64,000 bases of DNA from Christensenellaceae bacterium. GTDB taxonomy: Bacteria > Bacillota > Clostridia > Christensenellales > Borkfalkiaceae. Positions within the stretch are counted from its first letter, which is position 1, and every line of letters starts with the position of its first letter. Of this stretch, positions 1 to 9,006 are shown piece after piece. The DNA is taken from contig JAZSKW010000010.1 of NCBI GenBank assembly GCA_045535015.1, forward strand, positions 101,051 through 165,050. The letters run 5' to 3'. The position numbers and the translations under genes are program-made. Under the pieces are notes generated by a model that did no database searches, was not told the DNA's origin, and saw nothing but the letters and a program-made list of their open reading frames with translations.

Positions 1-1
1 C

Positions 2-805
2 TCTATACCCAATATGGTTGCATCGCTCAACAGCTTTCCTTTTATGAGCAGAAAGCGGCTTACTGTGGTTAGGGAGTTTTATCCTAAGGCAGACCAGCTT
101 AAAAAGGGGGAGCTAAAAGTCTACCTTGAAGCACCCGTTGCCGAGGGTATGCTTATAATCCTCAACGAAAAGCCGTGCGAGCCGTTGAAAAAGTTTGACT
201 CTGTCTGCGTGGTAGACTGCGCTAAGCAAGAGCCGTCGCTTATTATCCGTTGGATAACGGCGGAATGCCGCAACAGTGAGGTATCTATTGATTGCCAATC
301 GGCAAAAACTCTTTGTGAATACTGCCTTACAGATATGATGCGTATCGAAAGGGAAACTCATAAACTTATCGACTACGTTGGCAAGGGCGGCACTATTAGT
401 GAAGAAACAATTTCTTTACTTGTTGCAGAAGACAACGATTTTAAGATTTACGAAATGACCGACTATATCGCTAACAAAAAGTTTGACTTAGCATTAAAGG
501 TCATTGACGATATGACTTCGCGTGGGGAAACCTCGCAAAGAATAATCTTATCCGTCTATAACTATTACCGCAGACTTTTGCACGCGGCAATAAGCGGTAA
601 AACGGCAGCTCAACTTGCCCTATCGCTAGGTATAAAGGAATATCCGGCAAAAAAACTTATCGAGCAATCTTCGCGTTTCCGTATCCGCGCATTGAAAAAG
701 GCTGTTGACCTACTTACCGACGTTGACTATCGCATTAAAAGCGGCAGGATAGACGGGGACGAGGCAATGTGGCTTTCAATTTTTTACATAATGACGGAAA
801 AATAA
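2..805 (+). CDS. holA: DNA polymerase III subunit delta (HolA), 5'-truncated by window edge
   Basis: The reading frame of ORF 14..805 stays open to nt 2. The helical C-terminal region (KIYEMTDYIANKKFDLALKVIDDM, YRRLL, DVDYRIKSG) is typical of Firmicute HolA. The N-terminus lies outside the window. Confidence 0.7.
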   Translation, partial: SIPNMVASLNSFPFMSRKRLTVVREFYPKADQLKKGELKVYLEAPVAEGMLIILNEKPCEPLKKFDSVCVVDCAKQEPSLIIRWITAECRNSEVSIDCQSAKTLCEYCLTDMMRIERETHKLIDYVGKGGTISEETISLLVAEDNDFKIYEMTDYIANKKFDLALKVIDDMTSRGETSQRIILSVYNYYRRLLHAAISGKTAAQLALSLGIKEYPAKKLIEQSSRFRIRALKKAVDLLTDVDYRIKSGRIDGDEAMWLSIFYIMTEK

Positions 806-882
806 AAACGGAAAATAAAAACCAAAAATAAACGTAAAAGACGTAAAAATAAAACGGAAAAAATTATAAAGGAGAAAAGTAA

Positions 883-1716
883 ATGAATATCGGTCAAAAA
901 ATATCGGCGCTTTGGTCACAGTTTACCGCGGTGCCTGAAATGACGGTTGCAATATCGGTTACGGTTCTTGTTTTTGCCGTTTTGTATTTTTATATGATAA
1001 GTTTTCTTTTCCAGCAAAACGCACACGCAATAGTCGCCCTCTTTGTAGGGGTAATGATTATCTCGGCTGGCATCGTATCTTTTGTAGACACAATGGACAG
1101 TGCAATATTCTTGGTTGTTCCCACAATTTTTATCGTAATCATAATGATTTTGTATTCGGTAGAAATTCGCCGTGTGGTTTGGGCAAGGCGCAACTTAAAG
1201 CTTGCAGACTTAAAGCACGGTGAAAACGTAGCGCACGATGCTGAAAAGGTTCAAAAGTGCATTACCGAAATTATCAAGGCACTTCAAAACATGTCTAAAA
1301 ACGACGTTGGTGCAATTTTAATTTTATCAACGGGTAACGTTCCCACGCAAATTATCGATAGTGGCGTGCGTATGGAAAGTGATATTTCTAGCGAACTTAT
1401 CGAAAGCGTTTTCTTCCCCAAAACCCCTCTGCACGATGGCGCAATGATAATAAACGACACAAAGATAGTTGCATCGGGCTGCTTTTTGCCTCTTTCGCAA
1501 AACGTTGACAATATTCCAAAAGAACTTGGCACCCGTCACCGCGCAGGTATCGGTGTTACTGAAACGATAGACGTTACCTCTATTATCGTTTCGGAAGAAA
1601 CGGGTATTATATCCATAGCTCAGGCAGGCAAAATCAAGAGATACGCAGATACCGAAACGTTGCGTAAAACTCTCAACAGATATTACTGGCAAAGCCTAGA
1701 AAACGCAAGAAAGTAA
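883..1716 (+). CDS. cdaA: Diadenylate cyclase CdaA (c-di-AMP synthase)
   Basis: Three N-terminal TM helices followed by a DAC/DisA_N domain (PLHDGAMIIND..., GTRHRAGIGVTE, SEETGIISIA). RBS AAGGAG lies upstream. Confidence 0.9.
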   Translation: MNIGQKISALWSQFTAVPEMTVAISVTVLVFAVLYFYMISFLFQQNAHAIVALFVGVMIISAGIVSFVDTMDSAIFLVVPTIFIVIIMILYSVEIRRVVWARRNLKLADLKHGENVAHDAEKVQKCITEIIKALQNMSKNDVGAILILSTGNVPTQIIDSGVRMESDISSELIESVFFPKTPLHDGAMIINDTKIVASGCFLPLSQNVDNIPKELGTRHRAGIGVTETIDVTSIIVSEETGIISIAQAGKIKRYADTETLRKTLNRYYWQSLENARK

Positions 1717-1734
1717 ACAAAAAGGAGAGAGAAT

Positions 1735-1875
1735 ATGGACGAAAATAAGAATTTTCAAGACCGCCCCGAAGAAAACGAAAGCGCAGGCAAACGTTTTTTC
1801 AAAACGGTGGGCATAATCGCTCTCGCGCTTGTGCTTGCGGTTATCACGGTTATCACAATCAATCTTGGCAAATAA
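1735..1875 (+). CDS. 46-aa single-pass membrane miniprotein (not in the ORF track, below its length cutoff)
   Basis: ATG at 1735 lies 6 nt after GGAGAG (1723-1728). Translation by hand: MDENKNFQDRPEENESAGKRFFKTVGIIALALVLAVITVITINLGK, an acidic N-terminus plus one hydrophobic helix. It fits exactly between cdaA and the next gene. Confidence 0.4.
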   Translation: MDENKNFQDRPEENESAGKRFFKTVGIIALALVLAVITVITINLGK

Positions 1876-1892
1876 TTTAAGGATGGACACCA

Positions 1893-3119
1893 ATGATAAA
1901 AAGCTGCGTTAAAGAAACGGAAATTCTACTCCCTAGCGGTGTAGATATGAATAAGTGGGCGTGTATTGCCTGCGACCAGTTTACCAGTCAGCCGGAATAC
2001 TGGACGGAGTTGGAGGGTGCAGTAACCGGCAGCCCAACCACTCTCGATATGTATTTTCCGGAAATTTATTTAAACGATAATCCCGACCAGCGTATAAAAA
2101 TTATTAACGCTAATATGCAAAAATACCTAACTAGCGGTGTTTTGCAACCGTTAAGTTCGGGCATGATACTTACCGTGCGTTCAACACCTTTTGTAGAGCG
2201 CAGAATAGGTATAGTTTGTGCGGTAGATTTAGAAGCTTACGATTACACCCCCGGCTCTGGCGCGCTTATCCGCGCAACAGAGGGCACTATTGAAGAGCGT
2301 ATTCCGCCCCGCCTTAAAATTAGAAAGGATGCAGAAGTAGAGTTTCCTCACGTTATGGTCCTTTACGATGACGAAAAGCGCGAGATTGCCGAAAAGCTTT
2401 ATGAAAATAGGGCACAGCTTAAAAAGCTTTATGATTTTGAGCTTAATATGGGCGGCGGCAAGATTGAGGGATATTTTATTGAGGACTGCCAAGCGGTTAA
2501 GGATAAATTTGCAAAACTTTTAGATAGCGATAGACTTATTGCTAAATACGGCAAGGACGACAAGTTCTTATTTGCCGTTGGTGATGGCAATCACTCCTTA
2601 GCAACCGCAAAGGCACATTGGAATATAATTAAACAAACATTGAGCGAAGCAGAAAGGGCAAACCACCCTGCAAGATACGCTCTTGTTGAACTAAACAATA
2701 TTTATGACGAAGGCATCTATTTCCGCCCCATATACCGCTTTGTGTTCGGTGTCGACAAGGCAAAATTCCTTGAAGGCTTAAAAGACGTAGACGGCGGCAA
2801 AATCCGTGTTTATGCTGATGGCAAAACGGAAGCTCGCGAGGGCAAAAACTCCTTGCCGACAGGTATTCGCGCTATTGACGGCTATATTAAAGAATATATC
2901 TCGGCTAACGGTGGCGAGGTTGACTACGTTCACGGCGACGACGACCTTAAAGGGCTTGTAGATGGCAGAGAGGATGCAGTCGGCATTATGTTTGTTGAAA
3001 TGGATAAGTCGGAGCTTTTCAAATACGTTTCGGCATCAGGCGCATTGCCTAGAAAGACCTTCTCTATGGGCGAGGGCATTGAAAAAAGATATTACCTTGA
3101 AGGTAGAAGGATAAAGTAA
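1893..3119 (+). CDS. DUF1015 family protein (function unknown)
   Basis: 408 aa. The GDGNHSLATAKAHW motif and overall layout are as I recall for DUF1015. Confidence 0.7.
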   Translation: MIKSCVKETEILLPSGVDMNKWACIACDQFTSQPEYWTELEGAVTGSPTTLDMYFPEIYLNDNPDQRIKIINANMQKYLTSGVLQPLSSGMILTVRSTPFVERRIGIVCAVDLEAYDYTPGSGALIRATEGTIEERIPPRLKIRKDAEVEFPHVMVLYDDEKREIAEKLYENRAQLKKLYDFELNMGGGKIEGYFIEDCQAVKDKFAKLLDSDRLIAKYGKDDKFLFAVGDGNHSLATAKAHWNIIKQTLSEAERANHPARYALVELNNIYDEGIYFRPIYRFVFGVDKAKFLEGLKDVDGGKIRVYADGKTEAREGKNSLPTGIRAIDGYIKEYISANGGEVDYVHGDDDLKGLVDGREDAVGIMFVEMDKSELFKYVSASGALPRKTFSMGEGIEKRYYLEGRRIK

Positions 3120-3120
3120 A

Positions 3121-4440
3121 ATGATAAAAGTATGTAAATTTGGCGGCACGTCTATGGCAGATGCTGCTGCAATACGTCAAGTTAAATCTATTATTGAAGC
3201 TGATAGCGAAAGACGTTACGTTGTCGTTTCCGCTCCCGGAAAGCGCAACAAAAACGATATTAAAATTACCGACACTCTTTATAGCTGCTATGACGAGGTT
3301 ATGAGAGAGGGTAACTGTAAAAAGGCATTTGCTCCCGTAAAGGAAAGGTTTATTGAAATTGTAGCCGACCTCGGCATTGACCTTGATATTAAGAGCATTT
3401 TAGATAAAACGGAAAAGGAAATTGCCGAGCATAAAAGCGCAGATTTTGCGGCATCTAGGGGCGAATATCTTTCCGCAATCGTAATGAGCGCATTTTTGGG
3501 CTTTGAATTTGTCGATGCTGCCGAGATGGTTCGTTTTGACAGCCAAGGCAGGCTTAACGCAGACTATACCAACGACAAGGTTTCCATCCGTTTGTCAAAG
3601 GTAAAGTGCGCGGTTATCCCTGGCTTTTACGGCAAAAATTTTGAGGGCGAAATTAAAACTTTCAGCCGTGGTGGTAGCGATATTACCGGTTCTATCATCG
3701 CACATGGCGTTGGTGCTGGACTTTACGAAAACTGGACGGACGTAAGCGGATTTTTAATCTGCGACCCAAGAATTGTCGACCAACCCCAAGCAATCAAACA
3801 AATTACTTATAAAGAGCTTAGAGAGCTTTCTTATATGGGCGCGTCAGTTCTTCATTCGGAGGCAATTTTCCCCGCAATGAAGGGCAAAATCCCCATCGTT
3901 ATCAAAAACACCTTTAAGCCGCAAGATGCCGGCACGATGATTGTTCCTAACGACCAGTATAAGCAAATTGAAGGCGAAAACGTAATTACCGGTATAGCGG
4001 GCAAAAAAGACTTTACCGTTATTTACATAGAAAAATCGCTCATGAACGCAGAGGTAGGCTTTATCCGCCGCGTCCTCTCGGTTGTTGAGCATTATAACTT
4101 GTGCATAGAGCACGTTCCATCGGGTATAGATACTGTTTCTGTCGTAATTGCAAGCGAACAGCTTAAAAACGGTGTTTTGACCGATATGGTCAACGAAATT
4201 CGTGAAAGCGTCAGCCCCGACTATATACACGTTATAGAAAACGTTTCGTTAATTGCAACCGTTGGTCACGGTATGGCACGCAGAGCGGGCACGGCAGCAA
4301 AGCTTTTCACCGCACTTGCAAACGAGGGTGTCAATATCAAAATGATTGACCAAGGTTCAAGTGAACTTAACATTATCATCGGTGTTGCAAACGATGATTA
4401 CGAAAAGTGTATTCGCACCATTTATAAAGCATTTGTATAA
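3121..4440 (+). CDS. Aspartate kinase
   Basis: N-terminal KFGGTSMAD kinase motif and a C-terminal ACT-like region (ATVGHGM...GVNIKMIDQGSSELNI). The start is 1 nt after the DUF1015 stop. Confidence 0.9.
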   Translation: MIKVCKFGGTSMADAAAIRQVKSIIEADSERRYVVVSAPGKRNKNDIKITDTLYSCYDEVMREGNCKKAFAPVKERFIEIVADLGIDLDIKSILDKTEKEIAEHKSADFAASRGEYLSAIVMSAFLGFEFVDAAEMVRFDSQGRLNADYTNDKVSIRLSKVKCAVIPGFYGKNFEGEIKTFSRGGSDITGSIIAHGVGAGLYENWTDVSGFLICDPRIVDQPQAIKQITYKELRELSYMGASVLHSEAIFPAMKGKIPIVIKNTFKPQDAGTMIVPNDQYKQIEGENVITGIAGKKDFTVIYIEKSLMNAEVGFIRRVLSVVEHYNLCIEHVPSGIDTVSVVIASEQLKNGVLTDMVNEIRESVSPDYIHVIENVSLIATVGHGMARRAGTAAKLFTALANEGVNIKMIDQGSSELNIIIGVANDDYEKCIRTIYKAFV

Positions 4441-4515
4441 TCTATAAATTAATTTTATAGGTTTTGCATATAAAAAATATTAATAAATTTACAAAATAAA
4501 TTGGAGGCAGTAATT

Positions 4516-5697
4516 ATGGATTACGCAAAAGAATCGTTACGTTTACACGGCGAATGGAAGGGCAAAATTGAAGTTGTTTCCAAAGTTCCCGTAAAAAGCA
4601 AGGAAGACTTATCTTTGGCTTACACCCCTGGTGTAGCACAACCCTGCTTAGAAATTCAAAAAGACTACAACAAGTCCTTTGAACTCACCGGTCGTGGCAA
4701 CACCGTAGCAGTTGTTACCGACGGCACCGCAGTTCTTGGTCTTGGCGACATCGGTCCCGAAGCTGGTATGCCCGTTATGGAAGGCAAATGCGTTCTTTTC
4801 AAAACGTTTGGCAACGTAGACGCTATTCCTCTTTGCGTTAGGAGTAAGTCTGTTGATGAAATCGTTCAAACGGTTAAACTTCTTGCAGGCAGCTTTGGCG
4901 GCGTTAATTTAGAAGACATTTCCGCTCCCAGATGCTTCGAGATTGAAAAAAGACTTAAAGAAGCCCCCGAAGTTGATATTCCTATTTTCCACGATGACCA
5001 ACTCGGCACGGCAGTTGTATGCGTAGCTGCTTGTATCAACGCATTAAAGCTCGTTGGCAAAAAGTGGGAAGATATCAGCATTGTATTTAGCGGTGCAGGC
5101 GCAGCAGGCGTAGCTATCGCTAAACTTATGATTTCTATGGGCGCAAAAGACGTAGTAATGTGCGACAGAAACGGCATTATCTATAAGGGCAGACCTGTTG
5201 GTATGAATGCTTCTAAGGAAGAAATTGCAGAGTTCACCAACAAACTCAACAAGAAAGGCTCTTTGGAAGAAGCACTCGTTGGCGCAGATATGTTCGTTGG
5301 CGTAAGCTCACCTGGACTTTTGACCGAAAAAATGGTTGCTTCTATGGCTAAGGGCGCTATCGTAATGCCTATGGCAAACCCCACTCCTGAAATTATGCCT
5401 GACCTCGCTATTAAGGCTGGTGCAGCAGTTGTCGGCACTGGCAGAAGCGACTTCCCCAACCAAATTAACAACGTTCTTGCGTTCCCCGGCATCTTCCGTG
5501 GCGCACTCGATTGCAGAGCAACCGATATTAATGAAGAAATGAAAATTGCCGCTGCAAAGGCTATCGCATCTTTGGTTTCCGATGAAGAATTGAAGCCCGA
5601 ATATATTATTCCCGCACCCTTTGATGCAAGAGTTGGCTCAACCGTTGCAAAAGCTGTTAAAGAAGCTGCAATCGCAACCGGCGTAAACAGAATTTAA
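4516..5697 (+). CDS. NAD(P)-dependent malic enzyme (short type)
   Basis: LSLAYTPGVA, VVTDGTAVLGLGDIG and GAGAAG motifs. I prefer the ATG at 4516 (GGAGG at 4503-4507) over the track's TTG at 4501. Confidence 0.9.
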   Translation: MDYAKESLRLHGEWKGKIEVVSKVPVKSKEDLSLAYTPGVAQPCLEIQKDYNKSFELTGRGNTVAVVTDGTAVLGLGDIGPEAGMPVMEGKCVLFKTFGNVDAIPLCVRSKSVDEIVQTVKLLAGSFGGVNLEDISAPRCFEIEKRLKEAPEVDIPIFHDDQLGTAVVCVAACINALKLVGKKWEDISIVFSGAGAAGVAIAKLMISMGAKDVVMCDRNGIIYKGRPVGMNASKEEIAEFTNKLNKKGSLEEALVGADMFVGVSSPGLLTEKMVASMAKGAIVMPMANPTPEIMPDLAIKAGAAVVGTGRSDFPNQINNVLAFPGIFRGALDCRATDINEEMKIAAAKAIASLVSDEELKPEYIIPAPFDARVGSTVAKAVKEAAIATGVNRI

Positions 5698-5876
5698 TTT
5701 TCTTTGTGCGATAAGGCGTAAAAAGAGGTTGTAAAACCTTGCTTTTTCGCTTAAAAAAAGATATAATATGATGGCGTCGGCAGAGATGCTTGCCGACGCC
5801 AAACAATATTATACTGTTTCGGCATATATTGATAGCATATACTAGTATTTGTAGTGTGCTATTTTGAATATTTAAA

Positions 5877-6137
5877 GCCGAGAGAGGAAGCGCCTTGGGC
5901 GCTACCATTAGTTTAATATAAGCGAGAAGAAAAGTTTATTGAATTACATAGTTTAATCGGGGTGTAGCGCAGTTGGGGCGAAGCGTTGAAAAAAGTGTCC
6001 AGTGGACAGTTTTTAGCCAGAGCCCGCGAGGTTTTATGCCGAGAGAGGAAGCGCCTTGGGTGCTACCATTAGTTTAATATAAGCGAGAAGAAAAGTTTAT
6101 TAAATTACATAGTATAATCGGGGTGTAGCGCAGTTGG
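5877..6137 (+). repeat. Direct repeat of 100 bp (5877-5976 and 6038-6137, period 161 bp). Each copy ends with the first 19 nt of tRNA-Pro.
   Basis: Hand alignment gives 97/100 identical. The differences are C/T in the small hairpin, G/A, and TTTAAT versus TATAAT. Confidence 0.9.
5991..6014 (+). terminator. Small hairpin + T-run after the truncated tRNA-Pro 5' fragment
   Basis: A-run, TGTCC-AGT-GGACA stem-loop, then GTTTTT. The stem is short. Confidence 0.35.
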
Positions 6138-6194
6138 TAGCGCGCTTGGTTCGGGACCAAGAGGTCGCGTGTTCAAATCACGTCACTCCGACCA
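6119..6194 (+). tRNA. tRNA-Pro (anticodon CGG), CCA encoded
   Basis: Cloverleaf folded by hand: acceptor CGGGGTG/CACTCCG; D-arm GCGC...GCGC; anticodon stem CTTGG/CCAAG with loop TTCGGGA; T-arm GCGTG-TTCAAAT-CACGT; discriminator A + CCA. Confidence 0.9.
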
Positions 6195-6216
6195 CGTCGA
6201 AGCTCAATAAAGATAC

Positions 6217-6251
6217 AATAAGGTCACCAAAAATGGCGACCTTATTGCTTT
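6217..6251 (+). terminator. Hairpin after tRNA-Pro
   Basis: AATAAGGTC...GACCTTATT 9-bp stem followed by GCTTT. Confidence 0.5.
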
Positions 6252-6531
6252 AATGCCGGCTTTTTTAACCAAAAAACTTTTTAATATTTTTGCGTGCTGA
6301 AAGTAATAAATTAATTTTTATATTACAAAAAACACTTGCAGCATAAAAAGTTACCCAGTAAATTTTTAGCAATTTACTGACTTTTTCTTCTTTAAGATTT
6401 CATTAAAAATTTCGTCAACAAAAAGCAAACAATCTTTAACCCATTTGCAAATAGAAAACCAAAAAATCTATCACTTTTCTCCCTATATATAAAATATATT
6501 TAATAAAATATAAATATATTCAACTTTGCCG

Positions 6532-6560
6532 TTGACTTTGCTCGATAAATGGGCTATAAT
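6532..6560 (+). promoter_or_regulatory. SigmaA-type promoter upstream of nfnA
   Basis: TTGACT, 17-nt spacer, TATAAT. Confidence 0.45.
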
Positions 6561-6637
6561 ATATAGGCTAAAAATAATCCCATTACTGTCGGCTGCAAAA
6601 GCCTAAAAAATGGAATAAATCATAAAAGGGGAACTTT

Positions 6638-7486
6638 ATGTATAAAATTGTTCGCAAAAAGAATTTAAATCCCACGGTTACCCAAATGGAAATCTATGCT
6701 CCGCTTGTTGCTAAAAAAGCACTACCGGGGCAGTTTATCATTTTAAGGGTAAATGAAGACGGCGAAAGAATTCCGCTTACCATTGCTGGTTATAATAGGG
6801 AAGAGGGCACCGTTAAAATTATTTTTCAAGTAGTTGGTGCTACCACCGAGCTTCTTAACCATAAAAACGAAGGCGACTGCATTCAAGACTTTGTTGGCCC
6901 CTTAGGCACTGCAACGCATATGGACGGCATTAAAAAGGTTTGTATCGTAGGTGGTGGTGTTGGTTGCGCAATCGCAATGCCTGTTGCCCAGGAATTTGCA
7001 AGACTTGGCGCAGAGGTTACCAGTATCGTTGGCTTCCGCAACAAAGACCTTGTTATTTTGGAGGATGAATTCAAGGCTTGCTCCAAAAACTTTGTTATGA
7101 TGACGGACGACGGCTCTTACGGCAGACACGGCAACGTAACGGTTCCTTTGAAAGAAATGCTTTCTTCTGGCGAAAAATTTGATATGATTATCACGATAGG
7201 GCCGCTCATTATGATGAAATTTGTTACGCTTACCGCAAAAGAATTCGGCGCACCTGTTACCGTTTCAATGAATCCCATTATGGTTGACGGCACGGGTATG
7301 TGTGGCGGTTGCAGACTTACGCTTAATCAAGACGGCAAAAAGGTTACCAAGTTTGCTTGTGTAGACGGTCCTGATTTTAACGGTTACGAAGTCGACTTTG
7401 ACGAAGCTATTTCTCGTGGTAGAACTTATTTTGACCACGAACGCAAGGCTCACGAAAAAACGTGCAACCTTTTCAAAAACGTATAA
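6638..7486 (+). CDS. nfnA: NfnA-like FAD/[2Fe-2S] subunit (sulfide/dihydroorotate dehydrogenase-like, ferredoxin-NADP reductase family)
   Basis: 282 aa. Features are an FNR-like fold signature (RIPLTIAG, GGGVGCA) and a C-terminal Cys cluster (CGGCR...CVDGP). It is paired with a GltD-like subunit. Confidence 0.75.
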   Translation: MYKIVRKKNLNPTVTQMEIYAPLVAKKALPGQFIILRVNEDGERIPLTIAGYNREEGTVKIIFQVVGATTELLNHKNEGDCIQDFVGPLGTATHMDGIKKVCIVGGGVGCAIAMPVAQEFARLGAEVTSIVGFRNKDLVILEDEFKACSKNFVMMTDDGSYGRHGNVTVPLKEMLSSGEKFDMIITIGPLIMMKFVTLTAKEFGAPVTVSMNPIMVDGTGMCGGCRLTLNQDGKKVTKFACVDGPDFNGYEVDFDEAISRGRTYFDHERKAHEKTCNLFKNV

Positions 7487-7501
7487 GGTAGGGTAAATAA
7501 A

Positions 7502-8884
7502 ATGGCTATAAATCCAAAAAAACACGAAATGCCCACTCAGGACGCAGTAGTCCGTGCAGGCAACTTTAACGAAGTAGCACTCGGCTACACCGCAGAGATT
7601 GCAGTTGAAGAAGCAAACCGTTGTCTTAACTGCAAAAATAAACCTTGCGTCAACGGCTGCCCTGTCAACATTGACATCCCTGCATTTATTATGAAAATTA
7701 AAGAGAGCGATTTTGAGGGTGCTTATCAAGTAATTTCAAAATCTTCCTCCCTCCCCGCAGTTTGCGGCAGAGTTTGTCCACAAGAAACTCAGTGCGAAAG
7801 CAAATGCACACTCGGCATTAAGTTTGAGCCTGTTGGTATCGGCAGGTTAGAGCGTTTTGTTGCCGACTGGCACAATGAACACGGCAACGGCGCAGCCGAG
7901 AAAATGGAAGCAAACGGCAAAAAGGTTGCAGTAGTCGGCTCTGGTCCCGCAGGTCTTACTTGCGCAGGCGACCTTGCTAAAAAGGGTTATAAGGTTACTG
8001 TTTTTGAAGCATTACATACCGCAGGCGGCGTTCTTGTTTACGGTATCCCCGAATTTAGATTGCCTAAGGCTATCGTTCAAAAAGAGGTTGAGGGGTTGAA
8101 AGCACTTGGCGTTGAAGTTCAAACCAACGTTGTTATCGGCAAAACTCTTACCGTGGACGAGCTTTTCGATATGGGCTACGACGCAGTCTTTATCGGCTCG
8201 GGCGCAGGTCTCCCCAAGTTTATGAGAATTAAGGGCGAAAGCTTAAAGGGTGTTTACTCCGCAAACGAGTTCTTAACCAGAATAAACTTGATGAAGGCTT
8301 ATAAAGAAGACAGCTCAACGCCTATCCAACGCGGCAAAAAAGTTGCAGTCGTTGGTGGCGGTAACGTTGCAATGGACGCAGCACGCTGCGCAAAACGTCT
8401 TGGTGCTGACGTAACCATTGTTTATCGCAGAACGGAAGAAGAACTTCCCGCTCGTCGTGAAGAAGTTGAACACGCAAAGGAAGAGGGCATTAAATTTATG
8501 CTCCTTACCAATCCTCTCGAAATCTCTGGTGATGAAAACGGCTGGGTTAACGGTATGCGTTGTCAAAAGATGGCTCTTGGCGAGCCTGACGCATCTGGCA
8601 GAAGACGTCCCGTTGCTGTTGAAGGCAGTGAGATTGACGTTGACGTAGATTGCGTAATTATGGCGCTCGGCACCTCCCCCAATCCTCTCATTAAGGACAC
8701 CACAAAGGGCTTGGAAACTGCAAGCTGGGGCGGCATTATCGTTGACGAGGCTACCGGCAAAACGTCAAAAGACGGCGTATACGCAGGTGGCGACGCAGTT
8801 ACGGGTGCAGCAACCGTTATTCTTGCAATGGGCGCAGGTAAAACGGCAGCCACCGCAATTGACGAAGCACTTAAAAACGACTAG
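7502..8884 (+). CDS. nfnB: NfnB-like subunit (GltD / NADPH-dependent glutamate synthase beta-chain family)
   Basis: N-terminal 2x[4Fe-4S] Cys motifs (CLNCKNKPC...GCP, CGRVCPQETQCE) and two Rossmann GxGxxG motifs (VVGSGPAG, VVGGGNVA). Confidence 0.8.
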   Translation: MAINPKKHEMPTQDAVVRAGNFNEVALGYTAEIAVEEANRCLNCKNKPCVNGCPVNIDIPAFIMKIKESDFEGAYQVISKSSSLPAVCGRVCPQETQCESKCTLGIKFEPVGIGRLERFVADWHNEHGNGAAEKMEANGKKVAVVGSGPAGLTCAGDLAKKGYKVTVFEALHTAGGVLVYGIPEFRLPKAIVQKEVEGLKALGVEVQTNVVIGKTLTVDELFDMGYDAVFIGSGAGLPKFMRIKGESLKGVYSANEFLTRINLMKAYKEDSSTPIQRGKKVAVVGGGNVAMDAARCAKRLGADVTIVYRRTEEELPARREEVEHAKEEGIKFMLLTNPLEISGDENGWVNGMRCQKMALGEPDASGRRRPVAVEGSEIDVDVDCVIMALGTSPNPLIKDTTKGLETASWGGIIVDEATGKTSKDGVYAGGDAVTGAATVILAMGAGKTAATAIDEALKND

Positions 8885-9006
8885 TTGTTAGTTGCTAGTT
8901 ATTAGTTTTAAGCCGATTAAATGGCTAAAACTTCCTTGAAAAAGCAAAAATGTTACACACGGTATATCCGTTTTAATTAGAAAAAATAAGTATTTGGAGT
9001 TGTTTT

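Noticed and set aside
1696-1893. 65-aa minus-strand ORF overlapping the cdaA-downstream gap.
   Set aside because: It is antisense to the RBS-preceded 46-aa plus-strand smORF, has no RBS of its own, and would be convergent with the whole operon.
5877-6194. Reading the duplicated tRNA-Pro fragment as an attL/attR pair of an integrated mobile element.
   Set aside because: The duplication covers the 5' end, not the 3' end, of the tRNA. The copies are only 161 bp apart, and there is no integrase, excisionase or cargo between or near them.
6355-6392. Possible orphan sRNA terminator (CAGTAAAT-loop-ATTTACTG followed by ACTTTTTCTTC) in the 440-nt tRNA-Pro / nfnA intergenic region.
   Set aside because: I could not identify a convincing promoter upstream, and the stem is A/T-rich. 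It is worth a look in RNA-seq data, but the sequence alone does not justify calling an RNA gene.
8884-8915. TAGTTG / TTAGTTGC / TAGTTAT / TAGTTTT short repeats right after nfnB.
   Set aside because: This is a short low-complexity run that places stop codons in several frames. It has no hairpin and I see no evidence of function.
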